The position numbers and the translations under genes are program-made. Of a stretch of 64,000 nt of DNA, positions 1-11,600 are shown piece after piece. The notes under the pieces are model-generated. The model saw nothing but the letters and a program-made list of their open reading frames with translations, was not told the origin of the DNA and ran no database searches. Source of the DNA: Paraspadella gotoi (taxonomy: Eukaryota > Animalia > Chaetognatha); contig CM119271.1 of the NCBI GenBank assembly GCA_051294375.1, positions 16,216,435 to 16,280,434 on the forward strand. The letters are read 5' to 3'. Positions within the stretch are counted from its first letter, which is position 1. The number at the start of each line of letters is the position of its first letter.

Positions 1-774
1 CAATCTATTTTATCATTTAACTCTTCCATTTTCGATACGTTTCTAATTTTTTTTAAGCACAAACGAAAGTTACTTAACTATTTTCATAGTTAATATTTCA
101 AAGTTTTCTAAATTGAGTTATTAATTTTTCCATACTTTTCAATTTTGTTCCTTGACTTTCTGAAAAAAATGTTACTTGAAGACCTAAATATTCTAGATCT
201 CTTTTTCTTATACGTTTCCAACTAGACTTTGGAAAAGTCGACTTAACCTAGTTTTTTGACTGTTGATCCGTGTTCGTTATAATAATATTTAGTTACTAAT
301 AAATCTGTTGCTTGGCATGGATTCTTGATTTTTTGCTTTGAAATGTTTTTTTTTTTTTTGTCGAGTTTATTTTACGAGGTCAAGGAAAGTGGGTCTTTGG
401 CAATAAAGTCTTAGGTTATCTAAAGTATCTCTCATACTTGAGAAAAGAAAAAGAAAAAGTCACATATATGGGAATAAACCGAAAATAATTAAAAAAAAAA
501 AAAGGAAAAAATCCTTTTGTGTTTCTCGACTCGCCACCTCCTTCGCTTTTCCAAACGAAGCTCTTACTTGCCGCCCGAATGTCTTCTGTCTCTGTTCATC
601 TGTCTGTCTGTCAGTCCTGATTTTTGGGAAATAAATTTTATCAGGAAATTTTTGTTGGATTTATTTTGGATTTATTACTGTTTATTTATATTGTTGTTGG
701 ATTCTGAACTTCATATTCGATTCGCTAAAGATGCGCTGAACCTCCAAAACCGAGGAATATTCTTAGCCCTTTAC

Positions 775-1824
775 ATGGCTCGACTCATTCCTGTGGGGCT
801 GAGCTTGGGTCAGGTGGGCCTTGCCGGTCACAGCTGCCGCCGGCGTGGCTGGTCCAATTTTAAGACTCGAAGGCGACTCACCGAAGGCATCTTCAGCGGA
901 TGGCTCAATACTCAATGGAATCGAGGTGACGTTATGGGAATCTGTTTTTGTAGTATTTTGCACGTTCCTTAATGTCATTTGCATATTGTAGTAGTTTAAA
1001 TTATTTCTAAAACATTTTGATTAGGTTTTCTTTGTTTCCTTTAATGATTTTAGCGATACCTCTGACGGGTAAATAACAAGAATTAGTTTTCTAACTACTA
1101 TTCATATATTTTAATTAAGTATTGTATCTTTACAAAATCCTTGTCCACTCCCCACAAAAAAGTCGACTCTAAACGGGTCAAAGAAGTTGGTCCGGACCGC
1201 GCATGCGCCGAATGGCTTCTTCGATGCGGCGGCGCCTGTCGCCTGATCGGACGCGCCTCGTGGCTCACCGACTACAACGCGCTCGTCAACTTGAACCTCC
1301 GATCAAGAATCGAAGCTATCGACGCGTCGGGCAGCTGCGTCAACGCCACGGGATTCCGTCATCTTGAAGGCAGGGTTTAGGGGGGGGGTTCGGGGATCTG
1401 TGGATTTTAGTTGAAAATTATCAATTATATGTATTTGTATATATATTTATGTATATTAATGTAAAAGAAATATCAAAGGGTTGAATTTTTATACTAATTT
1501 AAAATCCACTTAGGCTTGACGGAGCTGCGTTTTGTGAAGATCGATTCTTGTCATCAAGTCACCGACACGGCGCTGCAGCTGCTGGCTACGTTCGCCGCGC
1601 CCACCCTGCAGCGCCTTATCCTCTCCAACTGCGGGATGGTTTCCGACGTCGGGTTGCAAGACCTCGTCGCTTTGAAGAAACTAGAGATTCTCGAACTCTT
1701 TAATCTCCCCGGAGTCGAGAATCTCGAAGGCGTCGTCGGGAAGTTGAAGGCAGAGTTGAGAGGATGCCAAGTCAGAAGGGAAATTGTGGACAAAGACTTG
1801 CATCTCATACAGAGGGACAAGTGA
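775..1824 (+). CDS. ATP5S: Mitochondrial ATP synthase subunit s / factor B (LRR-like); 3 exons 775-925, 1163-1369, 1514-1824
   Basis: The spliced translation reads GWLNTQWNR|VDSKRVKEVGPDRACAEWLLRCGG...IEAIDASGSCVNATGFRHLEG|LTELRFVKIDSC, matching the ATP5S/DMAC2L signature (VGPDRAAxEWLLRCG). Intron 2 needs a GC donor. Confidence 0.88.
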
Positions 1825-1883
1825 TGGTGAAGGACTATCATAAATCTCATACAGAGGGACAAGTGATGGTGAAGGACTATCAT
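1802..1883 (+). repeat. 42-bp tandem duplication spanning the ATP5S stop codon
   Basis: atctcatacagagggacaagtgatggtgaaggactatcat occurs twice, 42 bp apart. Confidence 0.9.
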
Positions 1884-2299
1884 GAATCAAAAATTAGGAA
1901 AGAGACATGGAACTCATTGACTAATGGACAAGGTAGAAGCCAAGATGAAAACCGCAATAAGTCAACGCTTGAGGCAAAAGCCTCGATTTCAGTCAAAATT
2001 TGCATCTCACTTTCGGAAGATCCGTCTTGTTCTCACTGTCTGAATACGTTAAAGACTGCGCAGAAATTTAAAACGATTACAACAACGATTAAAACAATAC
2101 AAGGAACGAGATTTGCTCCTTTAAAGGCCATGCGATGGAAAAGCAGTAAATATTGTTGAATAAAACAAACAACTTCGCTTTTATACTTTATAGTTTCATA
2201 CAAAATCATTTTCATTGGTTGTTTTCTTTGCTAATTGTTTTGTTTCTATCTATTTCTTATATTAAGTTTATTTCTTCACAAAAAAAACAAACTAAAAAA

Positions 2300-5099
2300 A
2301 TGGCGTCGATTGAAAATGTCTCGTCGACGATCGATTTTTCTCCTCCTTTCGATCTCGACTGGACGACGACAACGACGACGAGTCCGCCCGACGACGATCT
2401 TTTCGGCGAACTCTGCCTCGCGACGAATCGTCCCAGCGACGATCTTTTCAGCGATCCGAGTCTGAAAACGGCGAGATCGACGACTCCTTGCGGCGAAGAT
2501 CTCTTCGGCGAACTGGGACTTTCGCCTTTGGACGTCGATTTAGACGTCCTTCTTTCGGGCGCCGACGTCGACAAAGACTCGGATTACAGTTCCAACGACA
2601 GCGAAGGTCTCTCCACCGGCGGCCGCCGCCCCACCGCCCCTAACTCCGCCGCCTACTCGGATTTTCTGTCTCGATCGATCGACGAGGGACTCGACCCGAC
2701 TCTCGCTTCAGTGTCGAGTCCGAACGGTGCTTTGGCGGCGCCGGCGCCCGCATTTCCAGTTCTTGGCGCCGCGGAAGAAACTCTTGGCACCGGATCTAAT
2801 TCTCTCTTCGACGCATCTCCATTTCTTGGCGATGCGATTTCTTCGGGTGGCGCGTCTTCTCTCAGCGCCGTACAGTCACCCGGCTCTGCACAATCTCCCA
2901 GCGCCGCGCCTCCAGTTTTTAAGGACCTCTTGTTTTCCGCTTTGGCTCAAAGCAAAGTCGTGGACGATTTAAAGAGAGAACCTCTATCCCCCTCCTCCTC
3001 CTCCTCCCCCCCAGTTATCCCCTCCTTCTCTTCCCCCTCCTCTCCTTCATCGAATTCTAGTTGGACGGTGGCGTCGCCGCCTTCGACTTCCGCCGGCGCC
3101 GTCCCGTTTCCACCGGCGTCGGCGGCGCCGCTCCAACCCGGCGCTCAGTCATTAGCTTACGTTTTACGTGACGCCAACGGAATCTGTTACGTCTTGGAAA
3201 ATCCCATCAAAGTCGAGCCGAATCTGACGTCCGAATTTCCGGCGGAAGTCTCGCCGAATCTGCTCAATGTTTCGGAAGACACGGTTACGCCGAAGCCGCT
3301 GCTGCCGAAGACGGCGGCGGTGAAAGCTGCGGCTGCGGCGGGGAAGAGAAAGGAACGAGCGACGATGTCGACGACGACACAATCGAAGAGAAGCAGAATG
3401 ATGACGAACGAATTGGACGCCGTCGTCGCCGACTTCCCCGCAGTCGCTGCCGACGCCAACGCCGATGCACCCGTCGACCCTGAGCGCCTCAAACTCTGGC
3501 GCCGACAACAACGAATGATCAAGAACCGAGAGAGCGCTCTCGTCTCACGACAGAAGAAGAAAGAATATCTGACGACGCTGGAGGAGCGGCTTCACGCAGC
3601 TCAGCAGGATAATCTCAGGCTGCAGCAGGAAAACGACCAACTTAAGAATCGCCTCTCGCAGCTGGACAACGAGAACCGGAAGCTCGGCGGCGGCGGCGGC
3701 GGCGGAGGGCGCAAAGCCGTCGTACTCATGGTCGTCGTCTTCGTCGTCGCGCTTAACTTTACTCCTTGGCTGCGTCCGTCGAAATTGGCCGAAAATCGAA
3801 AGAGATTCGCGTTGACTGAGAATATAGAGGCGACTGATCAAGAGTGGGCGATCGGGGCTCCGCGCGGCGGAAAGCGTCGTCTGCTCGGCGATTTTGGATC
3901 GAAAGCGGCGGAGGCGATTTCGGCGGCGGCTACGGCGTCGGCTACGGCGTCGGCGGCGTCTGCTGCTAGAAATGCCTCTGATTCTAGGTGGCGCAACTCG
4001 ACGCTTCTCTGTCCTCAGCTCCACAATTCGAGCGAATCTCTTCGTTTGGCGACAGAATTGAAGGTTTGGGCCGACAGCCTTACCGCCGCCCGACAGTCGG
4101 CTAGCAGTGGCGGGCGGACGTCGGCCAAAGACACCAAGATTAAAGCGCCTTCGTCTTCGTTGTTGTCGCCCGAATTCCGGCGTCATCCTCGTCCTGAATT
4201 TGGACGCCGCGGCGCCATTGACTCGCGCCGCTTGGATCTCGAGAGGCTTAAGTTCGAGGCGGAGGCGACCGCCCGGCGATTCCGGTCATTTTCCGGCGCC
4301 GATGCCAGAGATCGACGTTTTAGATTTTCATCGGCGGCCGGGAATCACGCCGGGCCTTCCACGCAGGTAGAAATGTCCTTCAGTGATTTTAAAAAAAAAT
4401 TGAGCATTTGAGAACTTATGTAGAGAACTTCTTTTTAAAATTATGAGTTCAGTATTTTTTGACTGAATGGATATTGTTTGCATCAATTTAATGTCAACAT
4501 CGTAATATTTGTATCGCTTCATTCATCTCCAGGTCGTCGTCTACGATCGAGGCGCCGACCGTCGCCAATCCCGTCCACCCGGCGCTTTCCTTAAAGACAT
4601 CGGCGCCCGAAACGATTCTTTTTATCTCGTTTCCTTCAGGAAGGATTATCTCCTCCTTCAGCCCGACGCCTTCAATAAGACGGGCAGGATTAAGATGTCC
4701 TTCATGGTCCCCACCGTCTCGCCGGGCAATAGGTCGGGTCGGGCACCTGAGGGCAGTCTGCCCATGATGCAGATCGATTGCGAGGTCAGTGTTAAGGCTT
4801 CTTTGAAAAAATTCGAATTCAGTTAGCAATAGACTTAGCTTATATTCATCTCTCGATCTCTCTCTCTGCAGGTGATCAACATGAGTCTCGTCCACCTGAC
4901 GAAGGAATCTCTCCCCGATTACCTTCGCGCCGATTCGGGCGAGGCCACTTTTTCTGAGGCCCCCTCCAATGAGGCCCCCTCCAATGAGGCCCCCTCCAAT
5001 GAGGCCCCCTCTGGTGAGGCCTCCTCTTCATTTCCCGTCGAAAGCGAAGATGTCGTCCGAAAGACTAAACTTCGAAAATCCTCAAAGAAGAAACCTTAA
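2300..5099 (+). CDS. ATF6: ATF6-like ER-membrane bZIP transcription factor; exons 2300-4366, 4533-4784, 4872-5099
   Basis: b[26 protein letters not shown]; TM segment [17 protein letters not shown] (NxxP S2P-type motif); S1P-like site RRLL; luminal motifs [13 protein letters not shown] and MMQIDCEV. Introns are GT-AG. Confidence 0.93.
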
Positions 5100-5167
5100 A
5101 TTATGATCGATGATCAAAGTTAAAGGATCGAGACTCGATCTCACCATTTCGCCTTCGCTGCTTAATG

Positions 5168-5612
5168 AACTAAAAGAAAAGACAAAAAACTAAAACGAAA
5201 GACAAAAACCTAAAACAAAAGACAAAAAACTAAAACGAAAAACAAAAAACTAAAACGAAAGACAAAAACCTAAAACAAAAGACAAAAACTAAAACGAAAG
5301 AGAAAAAACTAAAACAAAAGACAAAAAACTAAAACGAAAGAGAAAAAACTAAAACGAATGACAAAAAAATAAAACAAAGACAAAAAACTAAAACGAAAGA
5401 CAAAAAACTAAAATGAAAGACGAAAAACTAAAATGAAAGACGAAAAACTAAAATGAAAGACAAAAAACTAAAATGAAAGACAAAAAACTAAAATGAAAGA
5501 CAAAAAACTAAAATGAAAGACAAAAAACTAAAACAAAAGACAAAAAACTAAAACGAAAGACAAACAAAGAAACGACAAAAACCTAAAACAAAAGACAAAA
5601 AACTAAAACAAG
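5168..5612 (+). repeat. ~20-bp minisatellite (aaaaaactaaaa[c/t]gaaagac)n in or after the ATF6 3'UTR
   Basis: About 20 visible tandem units. Confidence 0.92.
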
Positions 5613-6275
5613 AAATTTAAAGGAAAGACATTTAAAGAAAAAAGACATTCCTAATTCCCACTGAAAAATAAAAGAGGTGAGTTTTTCTGAACGCATTTGT
5701 TGCTAGTCGCGTTTTTCAAGTTGATTTAACTTGTTTTCTCTTTTTTTTTTTTTTGCCAATTTTATTTTAATCCTCCGCGTTACGTAATTTGTCCAGATTT
5801 TGTACATCGTTTTTCATGTCATTTAATTATACCATTTAGTCTTATCGCTTCATTAGTTTATCACTAGAGATCACGTTTAGTGTATTACGGAATACAGAAT
5901 ACAGATCTTCAATAGACGTACTTTACACAACTGTTAATACCTCTAATCGGGTTAATTGAATAATTCCATTAGTCATTATAATATTGCATTTAATAATTTT
6001 TTTTACAAAATTTTCCGACTAATTAATTCTACATTCTAATTTCAATTAAAATAAAATTCACAAAAAAATGAATTTTTCTTTTTATGCTTGGTTTTTTTTT
6101 AAATTGACTTCGCTCAGTTATTATTTAAAAATGTTTTGAGCTTCAGGTTCACCGAGTTAATCTACTTCTTGATCTCTAAATGAAGAAAATGTCCATCGGG
6201 GAAAAAAATTTATAAAATTGTCTGAATAAATTGAAATTGTCTTTTTCTATGCAGCCTTAAAATTTTTTTTCAATT

Positions 6276-7629
6276 ATGAGAAATGGACTTGCGCGTTTGC
6301 GTCGCTTGGCAACCGAGATAGCCGAGGCTCGATTGAGGACTATAGCTGGTGGCAGCGACTCTGGCCGACAAGCTACCTGCCTCTCTGCCCGTCAACATGA
6401 CCGACGATTCGCCCGAAATTCTGCCCGACAATCCCCTTGCGTCTCCGCCTTTTGCTTCATCCCGACGACGCCATGGAGCGGCACGAGTTCTTTGCTCACA
6501 AACTCTAATCTCGCGGCGCCGTCGCGATGGCGCCGTAGTGGTCTCCCCGTGCCGCTGGCTCCGCACTGGCGCGGAAATGGTCTCGTATCGCCGTCGTCGT
6601 CAGATGTGCGCCCCAGAGACAGCGTCCAAACAGCTACGCCCACATCGACGCTTCGTTTCTCTTCGCGTCTTTTGGACTCAATCTATCGACCCGATGTTCT
6701 GCCCGGTTTGGCGCCCGACGCTCGACCGAGTTTGGCGCCCGACGCTCGACCCGGTTGGGCGCCCGCTTCTCCGCTCGTGTCTCCGCTCGTATCCGCAACT
6801 TCGCCCTTACTCGTCGGGGCTTCTCTTCCCGGCCTCGCCTACTCCGCCCGCCTTTTCTCCACCCCTTTGCCCGCCTCCTTCGCCCGTCGGTGTTTCCTAA
6901 GTTCGACGGCGTTGTCGGCGGACGAAGGCGATGCTGCCGAGAAGCGGCCGGGGATAGGCAAGAGGTTTAAGGGGAGTTCGGAATAGTTTAATATAAAACA
7001 GATAGTTTAAAAATATTATTTATAAGATTATTATTTCTTTATTTCGAATATAATATTTAATCTAATCAAATTTAATATTTTTATAATCATATAGAGATAA
7101 ATTTATCCATTATCATACTAAAATAACAACATTTAAAACGATTCTCTGTTCCCCTTAGAATGCTTACAAGAATTACGGCAAAGTACTGATCGTGTTTCAC
7201 TGCGTTACTTACTGTATGTGGTTCGCTACTGGTTTCACCATTTCCTGGACCGGCCTCGACGTTGTGCCAGTTTTGCAGTATTTGCACGATCATCTTGGTC
7301 TCTCCCAATCCGTGATCGATCATCTGAGTCACTCTGGCGCTGGTCACTTTGCCGTCGCTTTCATCCTTTGCAAAATCATCTCCCCAATTCGCTATTTGAC
7401 CACCATCGTCGGCACCAAATACGCAGCTGATTTCCTGCGCCGCCGGGGCTGGATCGCGCCCATTCCCGCCGGAGATTCCATCGGAGATCTGGCCAAGGAG
7501 AGTTCCAACATCATTAAAACTCAAGTGTCCAGGAAAAGTAAAAAGATAAAGAAAGTCAATACATTTCGATATAAGAGGACTGTCTCTAAGGTCAAGTCTA
7601 AACTTAAGCCTAAGATGCCCAGGAAATGA
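6276..7629 (+). CDS. FAM210-family (DUF1279) mitochondrial protein; exons 6276-6971, 7159-7629
   Basis: The join reads KRFK|NAYKNYGKVLIVFHCVT...GLDVVP...AGHFAVAFILCKIISPIRYLTTIVGT, typical of FAM210A/B. It has a long Arg/Ser-rich presequence-like N-terminus. The in-frame join needs a GG donor. Confidence 0.8.
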
Positions 7630-8559
7630 GTTACGGATTATGGGCGGGACTTTTTTCTTTCTGACCCTGCGCTTTATTCTCGCTTTCTTCTCTTAAATAT
7701 TCTATCTTTTATCTCAAAAAATAATATTTTTTAAAAAATATTTAATTTTTTTCTCCCATTTTTGATGTCTGTTGGAAAATAATCGCGATGTATAATAATT
7801 ACATTTAATTATTGAGCAGATAAAATTCGGTTTTTAATGAATATTTTTCTTCGACGAAACAAAAAAATTTAAAATTCCCAAACTTAAAATTTTTTTTGGA
7901 ATAGGAAAATAAAAATATTGTTGATTAAGCGATCCTTTTCCGTCAAGCCCTTTAAACAATTATTACATTATGATTTATTTTTGGAATGTTTTTTTAATAA
8001 AAATAAAAAACAAACTGGATGAGATTTTTTATGGGCCAAAATAGAAGAATAAAGAGAGATTGTGAGAGAGAGGGAGTGCAGTGATAAGAGAAAAAAGAAG
8101 TGATAAAATGATCGGGTGAGAGAAAAAAAAACTGGGAGACAATCGAAAGTGATTGCGAATTTTATTCTTCGTTTTTTAGACATAAAAATAAAGAAATAAA
8201 AAACTCGTCGTTTCGACGGTTTCGTTTTTCTCGATCGAGTTTCAACTCGATCCATGATGTAGCGGCGAATCAATAAGACTCGTTTTGACTCGAGATGGAA
8301 TCCCGAGCGAAGACGACGACGACGACGACGACGAAAGTCATATCTACATTCCAGGTAAAATGCTTTCTATAAAATCTCTTAATGAAATTAATAAAACCAG
8401 TACGAAAATTATAAACAAGCTATCTTGTCGCATGACTTTGGACAGGCTATGGTGTGTTAAAGCCTCCTTACCTCTTACAAGATAACATAGCAGGACCCCT
8501 TTATGAAGAATCTTTCACGATCTGTTTGTTAGCTTTACTGATTCTCTGTTTCTTTCCGC

Positions 8560-8637
8560 AGCTCCACTGATGTATTTCTCATATAATCCCCAGCTCCACT
8601 GATGTATTTCCCCTTTATTCCCCAGCTCCACTGATGC
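8560..8637 (+). repeat. Three tandem copies of a splice-acceptor motif upstream of the BORCS8 ATG
   Basis: cagctccactgatg occurs three times, about 30 bp apart. Confidence 0.75.
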
Positions 8638-11600
8638 AGTTCCCCGTTCCCGGCGGGGTCGGGGATTCCCCATCTCGTCGACTCAAGTCCGACGCTTCGC
8701 CCGAACTCGATTCCAAGACGAAGAAAGTCGCAGAGAAATTCGGGGATGCGATGGAGGCCATTTCCAACGAGCCAACCTTGGCCATGTACAGGTGGAGCAA
8801 GAGGAGGGTCACTCATTTTTTATCGTCGCAATAGCAATCGCAATCGCTTTTGCGCATAAGTAGCGTAGTCGTCGTCGTCGGCGTTCTAAATTATAGATTA
8901 TGGCAACGGAGGATAGCCTGTGATACCCGGGCGCGGGGTATCTCACCAATGGCGTAGGGCTGCGGACCCTCAGTGACCGCCTCCTGTCACTGGCATGTTT
9001 ATACCGGCACCGTCACATTTAAGCCAGAACCGGGATACCCAGGGATTGAACCCGGACGCATGGATGGAATGAGATGATTTAGCCTGCTCAGCCATTGAGA
9101 TGAGGCTGAGGACGGACAGCAGTGAGGCAGCTTTAAGTCTTGCTGCCACAGGATCCCCCACCAGACTTCTCCACAGGGGCCTCAATCCTGAGGAGATGTC
9201 TGAGAGAAGGTTTTGATCTCATTGCCATAGTGAGAGCGAGCGGGCGAGCAGCGAGCGAGTCTGGAGCGTTACCAGAGAAGTAGGGCATAGGCGTGATATG
9301 CATACCCTAAGCGATGTAAGCAAGGGCGCACGGTGCGCAGCGGTTGCGTGTTCGAGAGTAGGGCTCACCACTTATGGCAACGGGAGGATAGCCTGTGATA
9401 CTCGGGGCGCGGGGTATCTCACCAACTGGTGTAGGGGCTGCGGACCCTCAGTGACCGCCTCCTGTCACTGGCATGTTTATACTGGCACCGTCACATTTAA
9501 GCCAGAACCGGGATACCCAGGGATTGAACCCGGGACGCACGGATTGAATGAGATGATTTAGCCTGCTCAGCCATTGAGACGAGGCTGAGGACGGACAGCA
9601 GTGAGGCAGCTTTAAGTCTTGCTGCCACAAGATCGCCTTTTTATGATTAAATTTATGTGTATGAAGCTGAAAATTTATATACAGCTTTTCATCATTGATG
9701 TCCTTAAAATTGGGTCAGGACAGTTATTAAATATGTTTTTGTTTACGTTTTATCAAAACAAACAAATTTCCTCTCTTTTATTTTCATATCTTTTTGTCTC
9801 TCTCTTTTCTCCTTTAATTATATGTAGCTCTCTTCTCTCTCTTTTCCCAGTGCTTATTCATCGGAAAAAAACGAGTCTGCAGCTGGCTCTGCAGGGCTCT
9901 TTCTTTTTCTATCTTTTCTCTTGCTGCTTCTGCTGCTGCCTTTTGAGTCTGCAGCTGGCTCTGCAGAGGCTCTTTCTTTTTCTCTTTTCTCCTGCTGCTT
10001 CTGCCTATTGATTTTTTTATTTCTCTCTCTCTCTGCGTTTTTATTAAAAAAAAGTGAATTAGGTAGGGTATTGCACAAAACTTTAGAAATACTAATTTTC
10101 TTCATTTTTTGGTTTTAACCTTATATTAAGCCTAACGAAGTGTACTTTAATCGTTAATTCCAAGTTTGACTTTTAAATATTTGATTTACGCCAACTGATT
10201 TACGTCAATTTGGAGTAACGTTTCTGCCTCCTAACTGCTGTCAAGGATATTCAACAAAATTTTTGAAAACGCTTTTTTCTAATTAAGTATACATTGTTGT
10301 ATTGGATTCAGATTTGATTTCTTTTTTTTTACGTGTTTGTTGGCGCTGGTAGCGTAAAAACTACGCCAAAACGTATTATTTCCTAATTACATATGTGGCG
10401 TTAATGATTTTTCCAAAAAAAATCTTAAAATATATAAGTTAAATAATTGTAAATGTTTATATTTAAATTTTGAAAAGAATTGTGGCGTAAAATGGCGTGA
10501 AATGAAGGTAAAACCGTTTAATATGATATCATGATGTGGCGTAAAGACTTTCTGATTGTTTTCTAGTAAAAGCTATTCAGTTAAGTGGTTTTAAAGATTT
10601 ATCTGGCCTCTTTTTATACAGATGTGGCGTAGAATGGCGTAAAATGAACAAAAAAGCATATAAATATATTAAATTCCGTGGCGTAAAGACTTTTTGTTTA
10701 TTTTATAGTAAAAACTACTCGGTTAAGTTGCTTTAAATATTTTTCCGACCTTTTTTTTAAATTGGTTTGGCATAGAATGGCGAAAAATGAACAGAAAACC
10801 ATATTAATATCATTTAATTTTGTGGCGTAAAAACTTTTTTTCATTTTCCAAATAAAACTATTAAGTTAAGATGCTTTGGCGTAGAATGGCGTAAATTGAC
10901 GTAAACTAAGCCACTTTATCCCCTTATCTCTTTCCCCTTCCTCCCTTTTCTTTTCTCTTTTATTTTTATACAATCTCCGATTCAAAGTCGATTATTTTTC
11001 GGTTTTAATTCTTTAAAATCAAAGAAAAAAACGAATACCGAAAATAAATCTCAAAATCATAGATAAAAAGACAAAGATACTAAACATAAAACCCAGTGGA
11101 CAATTTTAATAAAAATATCAGAAATTGTGGATCAATAATGGGTCGTTTGGTTTATGTTTGAAATTTGTTAAAAATAAAGACTATAATAAATGATAATACC
11201 CATTATAATAATTACAAGTATCATATATATTAAGCAAATGAGGAATGGTTGTAAGCTGAAAAAAGGTATGATAAATCTTAAGATCATAATAAATATATTA
11301 TATCAGTTTCATACATATTGATGATTCATAGGCCTTAATATACAGTAGGAAACAATATATAAAATGACTATCGCCCAGAAATGCTACTGGCGCATTTTTG
11401 CGCATCATTTTTGGGAATTATCAATGATAAATACCTGAGAGTAAATACATTTGCATCTCCTATAACCAGAGGTTTTGCGAGAAAGCCTAGTTTTTGCGCT
11501 ACAACATAAAAAGAAATATTGCTTTCTGTACTATTCCAATTTTTCTTATTTGAAAGATTCTTTTTTCGGTTTTTAGTTGGAGTTACGCTTACGCTACGTA

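Noticed and set aside
2153-2299. N-terminal hydrophobic extension of ATF6 in the ORF track
   Set aside because: Starts at TTG in AT-rich UTR-like sequence; the ATG at 2300 marks the switch to coding composition
5168-5612. CRISPR-like array
   Set aside because: Contiguous 20-bp units without unique spacers, no cas genes, eukaryotic context
8899-9629. Retrozyme with hammerhead or HDV ribozyme in the repeats
   Set aside because: CTGAGGA is present but there is no correctly placed GAAA core, and I could not build an HDV pseudoknot by eye
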